A DNA stretch of 64,000 nt, taken from Flavobacteriaceae bacterium (lineage in GTDB: Bacteria; Bacteroidota; Bacteroidia; Flavobacteriales; Weeksellaceae). The stretch's first letter is position 1. Each line of letters begins with the position of its first letter. Below, piece by piece: positions 15,597 to 27,041 of this stretch. Position numbers and translations under genes: made by a program. The notes below the pieces were generated by a model. The model saw nothing but the letters and a program-made list of their open reading frames with translations. It had not been told where the DNA came from and did no database searches. The stretch is taken from NCBI GenBank assembly GCA_018260565.1, contig JAGLAZ010000007.1:17763-81762 (forward strand), in the 5' to 3' direction.

Positions 15597-17927
15597 TTAA
15601 AATGGATATCCTATTGCAATATTGAGTACGAGATTATCTCTTCTCCAAGTTTTATTTCCAAAATCAAAATCCCCAAAAACCCAGCGTTCATTTTTAGGCA
15701 AATACGGCACGCGTAAGGGCATGGCAAGGTCTAAACGGAGCAAGAAAATGTTAAAATCTAAACGAACACCCACTCCTGCACCCATTGCAATTTCTGATGC
15801 CCAATCTTTGCTCATTTTTCCTCCTGGGCGGGTAGCATCATCATTTACAAGCCAGATATTTCCAGCATCTAAGAAGGCTGCGAGATTAAGGAATTTATAA
15901 ATATTTCTTCTGTATTCTAGATTGGTCTCCAGGCGAATATCACCTGACTGATCATAAAAATAGGTACCGGTTTGTGCCCTCGGATCATAGGAACCAGGAC
16001 CGAGATTTCTTGCTCGGAATGCTCGTACGCTATTACTACCTCCAGAAAAAAACTGTCTGCTAAAAGGTACATAGGTGGAGTTTCCGTAAGGATAAGCCAT
16101 CCCCGCCATTAGACGCGCTGCGATGGTATTTTTAGAATTAATATTCCAATAATATCGCACATCTGTATCTACTTTAGCGTATTGGCTAAAAGGGACACCG
16201 AAAATCTTCTTCTCTTTTCCTTTTTTTACATCAGCGCCCGTAAGTAGCCCAGTAAGATTTGCGGAAAAATCTCCTTCGGCTTTTACGTAAATTTGGTGTT
16301 CTGCAGGGATAATGGTATTGGTATATGTGTAGGAATACATAGGACCAAATATCAATTGTCTTTCAATAGCTCTTTGCAGATTCGGGTTATTTGCAATTTG
16401 ATTATTATATTCCTCCGATACACTGAAGGGCTTTACGAAAGTAACGCTGAGCAGCTTTAAATCATGCTCCTTTTTAGCATCTTCTTTCCATAAATAACCA
16501 AATGAGGTATTGAAATTATTAAGGCCAAATAATCCCGTTCTTTGCTGATATTCATAGCCTAAGTTCACTTGAGTTCTCGGCACAAATTCACTACTGGTAT
16601 CAAATCGGAAGGGTGCAATAATTCTTGGAAAGCTTAGTTGAGCATTAGCACCTAATCGAAAAATATTACTCGCTTTTTTATCTTTATTACCACCAATTTG
16701 ATAATCTAAACCACCATAAGCTGAAACTTTTAACTGCTCTGCACCTCTAAAAAGATTCCGGTGCATCCAGTTGAGATTCACTTCTCCGCCAGTAAAATTA
16801 GCGGAATTGGTTTTACCTAAAGTTTCAAGACGAAGGGATTGAAAAGTTTGCGGAGTAAGAAGATAATAAGCATCAAATTGATTCTTTATACTATCAGAAA
16901 TGACAAATTGATTCTTTACGAACTTAAAAACGCCAAGATTTATCAATCTTTTTAGCGTAAGATTGTGGTCTCTTCTGTTATAAACATCTCCAGAATGAAA
17001 ATACATGGCACGGTCAAAAATCTGAGGTTTAAATCGTTTTTCAGGATCTATAACGTACATGTCATTATAAATCTCCACACTATCCGTTGTGGTAGGAATA
17101 ATGATATTGCCATTTTCCACATTTTGAATGGAATAATCTGGATAGATAATTACTTTATCGATAGTAAATTTTTGTTTAGAAAGAGTAGGCGTATTATCTT
17201 TTAGTTTAACATTAAGAGCCACCTTGCTATTTCTTTTTGTACTATCGGCTTGAATAATGATATTATCTGGGGAAAAGTAATAATATCCCGAGTTTTTTAG
17301 ATGGTCATCTATACGAAGGCGTTCATTTCGGATAATACTCAGCTTATAAGGATCATTTTTCTGTAAAAGTGATTTATCCTGTACATTTTTAATTTCGGAA
17401 AAAATTTGGCTGGAGTCTTGAATAAAACTTACCTGATCAATTATGTATCTATTTCTTGGCCATATACTGTATTCTACTTTGGCAAGTTTTCCTTTTGTAA
17501 GTGTATCATTTTTTGCATTGGCATTAAAATATCCAATATTTTCAGCATAATTAATAGCAATTTTAGTATTAAAATCCCTGTCTACATCGCCTAATAGAAC
17601 TGGTCTTTCTCCCAGTTTATTTTTTACCCAGGCCTTTAATCCTTTTTCTTTGGTAGTATTTTCTGCCCATTTATAGAAATATAAGCGTGGCCTAAGTCCT
17701 AAAATGGAGGAATTGGGTTTTGGAGCCAATTTAGCCTGAATCCCATCCTTTAATTCTTCTTTCTCCGCTTTATTAAGCGTATCAGATATGATATTGACTT
17801 TAGCCCCCGTGTATAGGTATTCACCCTGTTTCATTAAGCTAGCACCAGAACACGCAGAAAGCAGTAAGGCAGAAGCTGATGCAGCAATGAAAAGGGCTGT
17901 AAATTTATTTTCTTGTTTTTCCATCAT
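15597..17927 (-). CDS. BamA/TamA-family outer membrane protein (translocation and assembly module partner)
   Basis: 776 aa with a lipoprotein-type signal (ALLLSAC) and a C-terminal Omp85 barrel pattern ending ...NIAIGYPF. It overlaps and follows the TamB-like gene. Confidence 0.75.
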   Translation of the reverse strand: MMEKQENKFTALFIAASASALLLSACSGASLMKQGEYLYTGAKVNIISDTLNKAEKEELKDGIQAKLAPKPNSSILGLRPRLYFYKWAENTTKEKGLKAWVKNKLGERPVLLGDVDRDFNTKIAINYAENIGYFNANAKNDTLTKGKLAKVEYSIWPRNRYIIDQVSFIQDSSQIFSEIKNVQDKSLLQKNDPYKLSIIRNERLRIDDHLKNSGYYYFSPDNIIIQADSTKRNSKVALNVKLKDNTPTLSKQKFTIDKVIIYPDYSIQNVENGNIIIPTTTDSVEIYNDMYVIDPEKRFKPQIFDRAMYFHSGDVYNRRDHNLTLKRLINLGVFKFVKNQFVISDSIKNQFDAYYLLTPQTFQSLRLETLGKTNSANFTGGEVNLNWMHRNLFRGAEQLKVSAYGGLDYQIGGNKDKKASNIFRLGANAQLSFPRIIAPFRFDTSSEFVPRTQVNLGYEYQQRTGLFGLNNFNTSFGYLWKEDAKKEHDLKLLSVTFVKPFSVSEEYNNQIANNPNLQRAIERQLIFGPMYSYTYTNTIIPAEHQIYVKAEGDFSANLTGLLTGADVKKGKEKKIFGVPFSQYAKVDTDVRYYWNINSKNTIAARLMAGMAYPYGNSTYVPFSRQFFSGGSNSVRAFRARNLGPGSYDPRAQTGTYFYDQSGDIRLETNLEYRRNIYKFLNLAAFLDAGNIWLVNDDATRPGGKMSKDWASEIAMGAGVGVRLDFNIFLLRLDLAMPLRVPYLPKNERWVFGDFDFGNKTWRRDNLVLNIAIGYPF

Positions 17928-20900
17928 TTGGCAATACGGTACCTTCGGTAAGTTCTTTTTTCTTTATGGCGCTTTTATTCTTTTTTAGCAAATCACGGAA
18001 ATCGTTATAGTCTAATGTAATCACAAATCCAAGACCTGTTTCTATAATCTGTCCTTGTAAAGCCACCTGATATTGGTTTTTTCTATACGCTCTCATCATG
18101 TATTTGCCATCTTTAGAAAGCTGATAATCTATCATAATATCACCTGCTATATTGGATGTTTGTTCACCCGTTCTGGCTTTACCTTCTAATCCAAAATTGC
18201 TACCAACAGAAACCTTTAGTCTGTCGTTTAGCAATCTTTTGCTAAGACCAACATTTAGATCGGTACGGGTGTTTTTTTCTCCCATACTATAATCATCCTC
18301 TGATTCTATCCCGAAATTTATATCCAAACCTGCAATAAGGCCTCCCGCAAGATCATTTAAACTCTGGCTCAGGATTCTACTAACACTTGCCCGAGCCATA
18401 GATTCTGCGGACATCCCCGTGCTACTTTCAAAAGGATTTTCCCCTATAAATCTTCCTAAGAGAAGCAATGCAAACACCTGCTTGTTCATCTCAGAGGGTT
18501 CTTGACGCAGTTGTTCCAATTTGGTTCTTGTAAGGCTTAAAACCTCTGCACTTACTGCAGCATTTTTATCTTCTGTTGTAATATCAAAAAGGATTTCTGG
18601 CTTCAGAAGTTCGCCCCGCATTTGGAGTAAGGTTTGAAAAGGAATTCTCTGTTTAAATGGCGCCAACTGGCCAGGAGTAGAACTCGCTATTTGTTGCTGC
18701 ACAAGATCTAATGGTGCTGTCTCTACCTCATAAATGGCTGTAACATCCAAATCTGCATTGGTAGGCTCACCATTCCAAGTGATAGTACTGCCCTTTTTAA
18801 TATCAAATTTTCTCTTTAATACATTTACGGAGAGTTCATAGCTACCTTGTTCTATTTCATAAACACCTACAAGAGTGGTTTTTCCGCTAGGATCAATACC
18901 TCCAGTTAGTTTGGCTTCACCTTGTAGTTTGACAAAATCACCATTTGCTTTATCAATTATTAATGAAATTTTGGCTTCACGATTAAGGTCGATATTTACA
19001 GAAACATCCATTCCTTTAACCTTATTATTAACCTGTAAAGTATCTGTGACTGCGGTGGTGTTTTTACCAAATAGTTCCTCCTCTGTGAATTCTACTATAC
19101 CTTCTCTTTCCTGTAATGTAGGAGATCGTTGAGGTAAAACGAAGGTGAAATCCGTTTTATCTGTAATACTTAGCGAACCATCCACTTTAGGTAAATCAAA
19201 ATCTCCTCTAATTTTTAAATCTGCATTCATGGCTAAAACGCCATACATAAGCTTATCATTATCCTTTTTACTGTCTACTAATTTGAAATCTTGAGCAGTA
19301 AGATTAAGATCAAATGCAAAGCTTGAGAAATTCTGACTTTTTATTCTTCCATCCAAAACAAGCGCATTACCATCAGCATCTTTTAGTTTGAATTTATCAA
19401 ATACTACATCTTGATTTTGGAAAATAATCTCATCATTAATATTCTTAAATACACTACCCGTTTTTGTAATTTCTAATCCTGCATTTCTGAATCCAAGATT
19501 TCCATTCACTTTGGGAGACGCCGTAGTGCCATTGATGGTTAATTTACCTCCAAGACTGCCTTCAGCCGAAAAAATGGCTCCTAAGGCAAATCCTTGAACT
19601 GTTGTCATTTGTAATGCTTTAATATCTGCAATCATATCGAGAGATCCACCGGAAATGCCGTAAGTACCCCTTATTTCAGCATCATTACCGTTTCCGGAAA
19701 GACTTACTTTGGCATTCATTAAATCTTTAGAAACCGTATTGGCAGTGATATCAATGTTCCCAACTGGGTTATTATACATTTTTAAATCTGAAACCTTAAT
19801 GACTGCTTCTGCTGCGATATTTGGAGAAAAACTTTTTACTAGTGCTGTCCCGTTAACAGTTCCGCTGGCTAATAGCGTGTCTTTTTTCAGCATTTCTGTA
19901 ATATCCTCAATTTTGAAGTTATTAATTTTAACTTCTAAAGGACTTCCTGGACGCTTAGTTTGAGATTGAAGACCTATGCTACTAGTATTCTTGCTCAACA
20001 CAAAATTATCTGCATAGATTCCTGGTTTTCCAAAACCTAATGTATTATTTTCATTAACTACCCAATCTTCATAATTGATTTTAACTCCACCTGGCCGAAG
20101 GCTTAAAAAGTTCATGTTTTTTTCAGACCTTACATCACCTGCCAGCATAAATTGATCAACGCCATCTTTATCCTTTGACGAAGCTATAATCCCTATTTTA
20201 TTATTGGCGATATCTCCTCCAAGTTTTAATTCTTTGATGGCGAGTTTTTCGGAATTAACATTCTGTGCGAAGAGGCTGTACTCTAAAACATTTCCTGGAT
20301 TTGCAATAGTTAAATTTAGGTTTGACACTTTATAATCGCCATATTCTAACTCTGGAACATTAGCTTTTACATTTAGTTTTCTGTTATCTGCATTGAAATT
20401 TCCTATTATACTTGCGTTTTGGAAAAATTTAAGCTCTGGTAAAAATGCTTTTAACAGAGGATCATCTTTTACAACGGCATTAAAAGCAAAATGTTGACCT
20501 GAAGACAAGTTTTTAGAAGAAGTAACAGAGGGTATATGGTAATAGTAATCCAATGTAGATAAAAGTGCAGGTGCTATTTGGGTAAGCTTATATTTACCAT
20601 CAATATCAGCATCTATAATCTGAGACCTTATTTTAATAGAATTTTCACTGGAAGTACTGGATGCAATAAGGGAAAACTCCTGTAATGGAATTTTTTGTTT
20701 ACCATCTGAGTAGGTAAAGGTTTTCAGAAACAATGACCCATTAAGCGCATCTGGATTAATAGAAGTAAAATTGGCTGCTATATCTCCCGATAAACGTACA
20801 ATTTCCTTTGTATAGCCTAATTTATTAAGATCAATATATCCAATATTTCCATTTGCTTTAAGACTTTGTGACTGATTAAGGTTTCCCGCTAAAGCCATAT

Positions 20901-22932
20901 TAAGCCGCGCATTAGTATCTTGCGAATTAATATTAGCTACATAACTTCCTCTATTAAGTTTCGCTTTTAATACAACATTATTATAAGAATACGATTGATA
21001 ATCAAATCGTTGCAAATTTCCATTTGCTATCACATTAGCTGTTTTTGGATCAAATCCTACACCTTTAGCATTAATTATCCCTGTAATTAAACCAAGATCC
21101 TTATTTTTTAGAATATATCCAATATTAAACTGTCTGAAATCTGATTTTATATCGTAGGTTTCACTTCCTTTTCTTGCCAAATTCGCAGTAGCGTTAATTT
21201 TTGCATTTCCGGCACTTGTTTGAATAGCAAGATTAGCATTAAAGACCTGTGTAGAGCCTTTTGCCGTACCTCGAACATCCATCCAATCAGGAAGATTTAT
21301 ATTTTTAGGTAAAGATTTAGGAGGTATAAATGCTAGAACATCAGATTTTTTAGCTTTTAATTCTCTTATAACTAGATCATATTGAAGAGTATTAGGATCA
21401 CTCGCATTTATAATTCTACCATTGGCATTGATTCTTAAATTACCCAAACCATAGGCATACAGTCTATTGATTATGATGTCATTTAATTTGCCTCTTAACT
21501 GTGTATCCAGAAATAATGAGGAATTTCTATATTGAGCCAATGAGGGGTTTGATTTCAATTGCGGGGCAAAAAGAAATATATCCTTTATCGCAATTTTACT
21601 TTGACGAAGATTCACGAAAAGCGCAACATTTTCAGGATTCTTTGAAAGTTCAATTTGGCTGTTGTAGCCTAAACTAATTTCATCCTGTAACAAAGTGTTA
21701 GGCGTTTTTAAATAAAGCTTTTTTAAATATGCTTGTTTTTCCTGATAGGCAAAATCAAATTTGGCTTCATCTATTGCAAGACCAGATGCTTCACGAATAT
21801 ATCCAGAATTAATTTCACCTGTATATTCCGAGTCTTTAATAGAAATGTTTTCACCTGAAAGATTCAGTGTACTGAAGTTTAAATGATTGGTGTCAAAACC
21901 ATCCTTTTTTCCATATCCTGTATTTTCATAAGAAACTTTTACGTTTTCCAGATTGAATTTCTGTAGGGCTGCTACAAGTGGACCTTTACTATGAGTTGGA
22001 TTATCGGGAAGTTCTTTCGCAAGTTCATTAGTTTTAGCAGGGTTAAAAACTGAAGCTCGAATATCAGAATTTTTAATACTAAAACTTTTTACATCAAAGG
22101 TATTTTTGGGTAAATCCAATTTTCCTATATCGGTAGAAAGCTCTCCAACTATAATATTGGCAAATGTTTTTGAATTTAGATCATCATATTGAATCCTATA
22201 ATCTTTTAAAACTATTTTTTGCAGTCCTAGTTGGAATGGTTTTTTTTGTGACAAAGAATCTACCTTACCAGTCACGTTTTTAGCAACTTCTTTAAAAATA
22301 TCCTGTTTCATTGTTAGCCTTAAACCATCTGAGAGAATATCTCCGAAGGCGTAAGTATTTAGTTCAGGATTAAATGTTTTTACGTTTGTTTTGAAGGAGT
22401 TAAAGTAAACTTGAAGATCATTTTTTGCTTGTAAATCATTAAATCTAACCGTTAACTTATGTAAATCAATATCGTTTAAGGATAATTCAAAAGGTTTTGC
22501 ATCTGTTTTTTCCTCTTTTTTATTTCCAGCGAAGGCATTAATGATATAATCAAAATTGAATGTTCCATTTGATTCTCTGCGGACATTAGCAGTAGCAGTA
22601 TGTAAGTAAATACTTGTAATATCTGCCTTATTTTTAAGAAGTTCCGGTATGGAAAGACCTACTTTTAGCTCTTGAATGTAGAGCATAGTATCCTTTCTTT
22701 GATCCTTTATTAAAAGTTTTTCTAGTGTAAGTTTATTTGGAAAATCTACAAATACACGTTCCAACGAAACTGGCGTTTTAATTTTATTTTGAATATAATT
22801 TACAACTTGATTTTTTACCAAGTTTTGAACCCCTGGCAAATTCAAACTGTACACAAAAATTACCAATAACAGAAAAAGGCTTAGTAGGCTTATACCCGCC
22901 CATTTTAATATTTTACCTACTCTTTTCTTCAA
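17905..22932 (-). CDS. TamB/AsmA-like translocation and assembly module protein
   Basis: 1675 aa with an N-terminal TM anchor, a long repetitive beta-rich body, and a C-terminal DUF490-like region. It is paired with the Omp85-family gene downstream. Confidence 0.75.
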   Translation of the reverse strand: MKKRVGKILKWAGISLLSLFLLLVIFVYSLNLPGVQNLVKNQVVNYIQNKIKTPVSLERVFVDFPNKLTLEKLLIKDQRKDTMLYIQELKVGLSIPELLKNKADITSIYLHTATANVRRESNGTFNFDYIINAFAGNKKEEKTDAKPFELSLNDIDLHKLTVRFNDLQAKNDLQVYFNSFKTNVKTFNPELNTYAFGDILSDGLRLTMKQDIFKEVAKNVTGKVDSLSQKKPFQLGLQKIVLKDYRIQYDDLNSKTFANIIVGELSTDIGKLDLPKNTFDVKSFSIKNSDIRASVFNPAKTNELAKELPDNPTHSKGPLVAALQKFNLENVKVSYENTGYGKKDGFDTNHLNFSTLNLSGENISIKDSEYTGEINSGYIREASGLAIDEAKFDFAYQEKQAYLKKLYLKTPNTLLQDEISLGYNSQIELSKNPENVALFVNLRQSKIAIKDIFLFAPQLKSNPSLAQYRNSSLFLDTQLRGKLNDIIINRLYAYGLGNLRINANGRIINASDPNTLQYDLVIRELKAKKSDVLAFIPPKSLPKNINLPDWMDVRGTAKGSTQVFNANLAIQTSAGNAKINATANLARKGSETYDIKSDFRQFNIGYILKNKDLGLITGIINAKGVGFDPKTANVIANGNLQRFDYQSYSYNNVVLKAKLNRGSYVANINSQDTNARLNMALAGNLNQSQSLKANGNIGYIDLNKLGYTKEIVRLSGDIAANFTSINPDALNGSLFLKTFTYSDGKQKIPLQEFSLIASSTSSENSIKIRSQIIDADIDGKYKLTQIAPALLSTLDYYYHIPSVTSSKNLSSGQHFAFNAVVKDDPLLKAFLPELKFFQNASIIGNFNADNRKLNVKANVPELEYGDYKVSNLNLTIANPGNVLEYSLFAQNVNSEKLAIKELKLGGDIANNKIGIIASSKDKDGVDQFMLAGDVRSEKNMNFLSLRPGGVKINYEDWVVNENNTLGFGKPGIYADNFVLSKNTSSIGLQSQTKRPGSPLEVKINNFKIEDITEMLKKDTLLASGTVNGTALVKSFSPNIAAEAVIKVSDLKMYNNPVGNIDITANTVSKDLMNAKVSLSGNGNDAEIRGTYGISGGSLDMIADIKALQMTTVQGFALGAIFSAEGSLGGKLTINGTTASPKVNGNLGFRNAGLEITKTGSVFKNINDEIIFQNQDVVFDKFKLKDADGNALVLDGRIKSQNFSSFAFDLNLTAQDFKLVDSKKDNDKLMYGVLAMNADLKIRGDFDLPKVDGSLSITDKTDFTFVLPQRSPTLQEREGIVEFTEEELFGKNTTAVTDTLQVNNKVKGMDVSVNIDLNREAKISLIIDKANGDFVKLQGEAKLTGGIDPSGKTTLVGVYEIEQGSYELSVNVLKRKFDIKKGSTITWNGEPTNADLDVTAIYEVETAPLDLVQQQIASSTPGQLAPFKQRIPFQTLLQMRGELLKPEILFDITTEDKNAAVSAEVLSLTRTKLEQLRQEPSEMNKQVFALLLLGRFIGENPFESSTGMSAESMARASVSRILSQSLNDLAGGLIAGLDINFGIESEDDYSMGEKNTRTDLNVGLSKRLLNDRLKVSVGSNFGLEGKARTGEQTSNIAGDIMIDYQLSKDGKYMMRAYRKNQYQVALQGQIIETGLGFVITLDYNDFRDLLKKNKSAIKKKELTEGTVLPNDGKTRK

Positions 22933-22992
22933 TTTTTTATGCCTTGTTTTACAAAGATAACTATTAAGATCAAATGCGTAAAATTAAAACAT

Positions 22993-23024
22993 AAAAAAAA
23001 ACCGCTCCTTATTAAGAGCGGTTT
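22993..23024 (-). terminator. intrinsic terminator of the small OMP gene
   Basis: aaccgctc (23000-23007) pairs with gagcggtt (23016-23023). On the minus strand a T8 run follows the hairpin. Confidence 0.7.
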
Positions 23025-23039
23025 AGTTGTTTGTTTGTT

Positions 23040-23561
23040 TTAAAATTTATAAGAAATCCCAAATTTTCCACCTGAGGTTATATTGCCTCCGCCATATTCA
23101 AGATTTACACCAAATTTATCAGTAAAATAGTAGCGAGCACCCACTTGCCCAGCAAACCCTACACCAGAATCCTCTTTATCATTAAAAACATTTTTACCCC
23201 AATTAGCTGGATAATCATAAGAAAATGAATTATAGGCTAAAGTAGCACCTGCATATACATCCCATTTATTCGGAATACTTAGTATAGTATTAAAGTGGTA
23301 GTTTGCATTAGCACCAATGCCAAACCAAGTCCCTTTTATTTCAGAATATCCTACTTGAGAATAATTCTTAGAAGCAAATGAAGCTTGAGCACCCACAGTT
23401 ATGTCTGGATGAACACCATAATCTACACCTACATAAAAGGGTATACCGTAATCTGAAGCGAAGCCTACGCCAACATTTACTTGAGACTCTCCTTTTTGTA
23501 CTCTTTGAGAAAAAGAAAGAGCGCTGCATAATAATGCACCTGCAAGAATGGTTTTTTTCAT
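23040..23561 (-). CDS. small outer-membrane beta-barrel protein (OMP_b-brl/OmpA-like barrel)
   Basis: 173 aa with a signal peptide, alternating aromatic/Gly beta-strand pattern, and a C-terminal ...GISYKF. Confidence 0.7.
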   Translation of the reverse strand: MKKTILAGALLCSALSFSQRVQKGESQVNVGVGFASDYGIPFYVGVDYGVHPDITVGAQASFASKNYSQVGYSEIKGTWFGIGANANYHFNTILSIPNKWDVYAGATLAYNSFSYDYPANWGKNVFNDKEDSGVGFAGQVGARYYFTDKFGVNLEYGGGNITSGGKFGISYKF

Positions 23562-23643
23562 AATAAAATTTTAATTTAAAAGTAAATCTAGTAAAAAAAA
23601 ATTCCGTAATTAATTTACGGAATTTAAAAACTTTTGGTATTTA

Positions 23644-24192
23644 TTATTTAACAACTGTTTTAGACGGAAGGTAAATTTGGAATCCAAGGTTTAAAGTAAC
23701 ATCAGTTTGAGAATTTGTGTTACCACCACCTACTTTACCACCAACTCTTAAAAGACCTTCAAGACCTACTGTTGGAGTAATAAAGTAAGAATAACCAGCA
23801 CCGATACCTAAGTCAACACCATTTGTACTATCACCAGTACTTGGGTTATTTCCTCCAAATCCTAAATCACCTTGTGCGAAGAATCTTCCATTGCTTAATA
23901 GGTTATCTATTTCATTTTCTCCGAAATAATATCTAGAAAATAAACCTAGAGTCCAGTTTGTTTGAGTGTCACTCGTACCTTTAGGACGAATGTTCAATCC
24001 TAATTGTGCACCAGCAGCTACTCTATCTCTAAAGAAATATCCTACTTGAGGAGTGATAGAAGCATTAAACCCATTAGTAAAGTCCATGTTTGCAACATTT
24101 CCTCCTACCATATAAGTTCCTTGGCTTAATTGAGCGTTTGCAGATGCTCCACCGAAAAGAGACATCACTGCGATACATAATATTTTCTTCAT
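23644..24192 (-). CDS. small outer-membrane beta-barrel protein
   Basis: 182 aa with signal peptide ..GGASANAQ and a Gly/aromatic-rich amphipathic strand pattern. Confidence 0.65.
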   Translation of the reverse strand: MKKILCIAVMSLFGGASANAQLSQGTYMVGGNVANMDFTNGFNASITPQVGYFFRDRVAAGAQLGLNIRPKGTSDTQTNWTLGLFSRYYFGENEIDNLLSNGRFFAQGDLGFGGNNPSTGDSTNGVDLGIGAGYSYFITPTVGLEGLLRVGGKVGGGNTNSQTDVTLNLGFQIYLPSKTVVK

Positions 24193-24270
24193 GATTAAAT
24201 AATTAAAGATTTCTGCAAATATATAAACAAAATTTTAAATGTTAAAATCCACATTATTTATGTTAAACTT

Positions 24271-25266
24271 TTATAATTTAATCTCTTTTTGCGTATCAGG
24301 ATGAATTTTCTTTTCGGAATTATTAATATCTGCAGCATTGTATGCAAGAATTATCTTTTTAACGACTGGATGACGCACTACATCATCTTCCGTAAGTGGA
24401 ACGAATCCAATTTCCTTAATATTTTTTAACAATTGTATAGCCTCACGCAAACCAGATTGTTGATTTTTAGGCAAATCTATCTGGCTGGGATCTCCCGTAA
24501 TAATAAATTTTGCATTTGCCCCCATCCGAGTGAGAAACATTTTCATTTGGCTTCGGGTAGTATTCTGAGCCTCATCTAAAATAACAAATGCTTCATCTAG
24601 CGTTCTACCTCTCATAAAGGCCAATGGTGCAACCTCTATAACCTTTTTTTCTATAAATGATTCTAATTTTTCTGGCGGTATCATGTCCCTAAGGGCATCA
24701 TAAAGTGGTTGTAAATAAGGATCTAATTTTTCCTTTAAATCTCCTGGTAAAAATCCTAAACTTTCACCTGCTTCCACTGCGGGCCTGGTAAGAATAATTC
24801 TTTTTACCTCTTTATTTTTCAATGCACGCACTGCCAATGCTACGCTGGTATATGTCTTTCCTGTTCCTGCTGGTCCCACAGCAAATACCATATCATTTTT
24901 TTCACTTTCTTTTACTAATAACCTTAGATTCTTGGTTTTAGCTTTAATAATTTTTCCATTGACACCCTTGATAATCATGTCCTGATCAAATACCAAGGCC
25001 TTTTCTTCTGGATTTTTTAAATTAAGGATGTTTTCTACATCTTTTAAGGTAAGTTCATCGTTTTTTTTAATAAACTCAGTAATGTCTTTAATTTTTTCGC
25101 TAAAAATGGAAAGTACATCCGGATGTCCTTGGGCAAAGATAAAACTGTCTCTTCCGGATACTTTAAGGCCTGGAAATTTACTTTTTAACAGATTAAAATA
25201 TTGATTATTTACTCCATAGAATCGCTTGGTTTCTATTCCTTCCAGCTCATACGTGGTTTCAAACAT
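24271..25266 (-). CDS. phoH: PhoH-family ATPase
   Basis: Walker A GPAGTGKTY and ILDEAQN, followed by ITGDPSQIDLP. The probable start is MFETTYELEG (25266); the track ORF extends to 25293. Confidence 0.85.
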   Translation of the reverse strand: MFETTYELEGIETKRFYGVNNQYFNLLKSKFPGLKVSGRDSFIFAQGHPDVLSIFSEKIKDITEFIKKNDELTLKDVENILNLKNPEEKALVFDQDMIIKGVNGKIIKAKTKNLRLLVKESEKNDMVFAVGPAGTGKTYTSVALAVRALKNKEVKRIILTRPAVEAGESLGFLPGDLKEKLDPYLQPLYDALRDMIPPEKLESFIEKKVIEVAPLAFMRGRTLDEAFVILDEAQNTTRSQMKMFLTRMGANAKFIITGDPSQIDLPKNQQSGLREAIQLLKNIKEIGFVPLTEDDVVRHPVVKKIILAYNAADINNSEKKIHPDTQKEIKL

Positions 25267-25354
25267 GCATTTTTTTAAGTAATGATTAGCCACGAATTTA
25301 GGAAAATAATAGAAAGTGTAATCTTATTTTTTTTGTTGATTTTTGCGTTTAGAA

Positions 25355-26176
25355 ATGAGTCTTATCACACTTACATCAGATTACGGCATCACAGATTATA
25401 GAATTCCTGTTATAAAAGGTTTATTATCTGGACTTCCCTCTGACTATAGAATTGTAGATATTTCACATTCCATACCCGCTTTTGATTTAGCACATACAGG
25501 CTTTTTACTACGGCATTGCATTCATTTATTTCCCAAAAAAAGTGTGCATTTGGTATTTGTGGATAGCTTTTATTCAAAAAATTCAATGTATTTAGCGGCC
25601 AACTATAATGACAGATGGATAATTTGTAAAGATAATGGCTTACTCAGCCTAATTTTTCCAGAGATTTTGCCAGATTCTGTATATGAAATTACTATTAATA
25701 ATAGATTTGATGATGTAGAATATGCTTTGAATGCGGATATAATGATACCTGCTGCGGAACATTTAGTGAAGGGAGGCTTACCTGACATTATCGGACGGAA
25801 AATTACTGACTTTCATGTTCTAAAAGTTCCAAATCCTGTAGTCAAGGAAAATAGTATAACTGGACAGATTATCTATATAGATCATTTTGGAAATTTGGTA
25901 AGTAATATATCTAAGGAATTATTGCTTAAATTAATAGCAAAACATGAATCTTTCACCATTCATATAAGAAATATCAAAATTTCAACCCTATTTAAAAGAT
26001 ATTCCGGATTAATAGAAAATGAACCCGATGAAAATCTTTTTCATGGTCGTCCTATGGCTTATTTTAATATTACCGGTTATCTAGAAATTGCCTTATATAA
26101 AGGTATTCCAGGTAATGGAGCTAAAGAACTCCTCGGGATGAACAAAGGAGATTTTATCCGAATAGATTTCAAATAA
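25355..26176 (+). CDS. SAM hydrolase / SAM-dependent halogenase family protein (DUF62)
   Basis: The N-terminus MSLITLTSDYGITDYRIPVIKG and the motif IDHFGNLVSNI are characteristic. The ATG is at 25355; the track starts at a TTG at 25343. Confidence 0.75.
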   Translation: MSLITLTSDYGITDYRIPVIKGLLSGLPSDYRIVDISHSIPAFDLAHTGFLLRHCIHLFPKKSVHLVFVDSFYSKNSMYLAANYNDRWIICKDNGLLSLIFPEILPDSVYEITINNRFDDVEYALNADIMIPAAEHLVKGGLPDIIGRKITDFHVLKVPNPVVKENSITGQIIYIDHFGNLVSNISKELLLKLIAKHESFTIHIRNIKISTLFKRYSGLIENEPDENLFHGRPMAYFNITGYLEIALYKGIPGNGAKELLGMNKGDFIRIDFK

Positions 26177-26178
26177 AA

Positions 26179-26835
26179 TTAAGGCGTATACTTTAAATTT
26201 AAATCTTTTATTTTACTTCTTACATTCATTAAAAATTCGGTACCAGGATCTTGTTTAAAGGTGAAATAAGAAGAATTGGTTTCCTTCCACCATGCCGTAT
26301 TTCGGAAGTCTTTATATTCAGAATGTCCAATTACGTGTGTTATAGGATATTTTTTTACCAATGTTCTAATTAAAAAAGCATTTGCTTCCTCTTGAGCTTT
26401 GGTTAATGGTTGAGATTTATTCCCAATATTCTCTACCCCAATAGCACAATAATTTAGACCAATAACATGTCGGGCAAATAGCGTATCATCTACCAAATGA
26501 TATATGGTGCCATCCCTATCTACAAGGTAATGGGCAGAAACATTCAGTCGACTTTGTTTTTTATTTAAAGTTCTGCTTTTTTCTATTGTTGTGTTATTAA
26601 AATAATTAAACAAGGATTCTACATTACCTCCATCAGTATAATGCAACACAATCATTTTTGGGACAATATGAGCATCATTTTGGATTATTCCATGTCTTTC
26701 CTTTAGGTATTGAATACTTAGTTTTTCTCTTTCAAGCGTGTAGGAAATTCTCTTTTCTATAATGTTAAATTGCCCAGAAAAAATTTGTGCAATAAGTATT
26801 GTAGATAGAATTGATATTTTAAAAACTTTATGCAT
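26179..26835 (-). CDS. N-acetylmuramoyl-L-alanine amidase (Amidase_2/PGRP family)
   Basis: 218 aa with a signal/anchor. Motifs IVLHYTDGG, SAHYLVDRDGTIYHLV and CAIGVENIG. Confidence 0.75.
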   Translation of the reverse strand: MHKVFKISILSTILIAQIFSGQFNIIEKRISYTLEREKLSIQYLKERHGIIQNDAHIVPKMIVLHYTDGGNVESLFNYFNNTTIEKSRTLNKKQSRLNVSAHYLVDRDGTIYHLVDDTLFARHVIGLNYCAIGVENIGNKSQPLTKAQEEANAFLIRTLVKKYPITHVIGHSEYKDFRNTAWWKETNSSYFTFKQDPGTEFLMNVRSKIKDLNLKYTP

Positions 26836-27041
26836 TGTAAAATTTAAATTTTAATGGCTATTAAATTAGAGGAACAGCATCTTTTAATAGAATTCTATTG
26901 ATACCATATAAATGCCAAAAATAAGTAAGAAAATAACTTTGAAAAGTTGTAAATTAATCTATTATAATTAGTTTTTATTGAACGATAGCTTTAAATAATA
27001 TCTAACCTAATTTAATAAGTTAAAATTTGAAGCCTATCTCG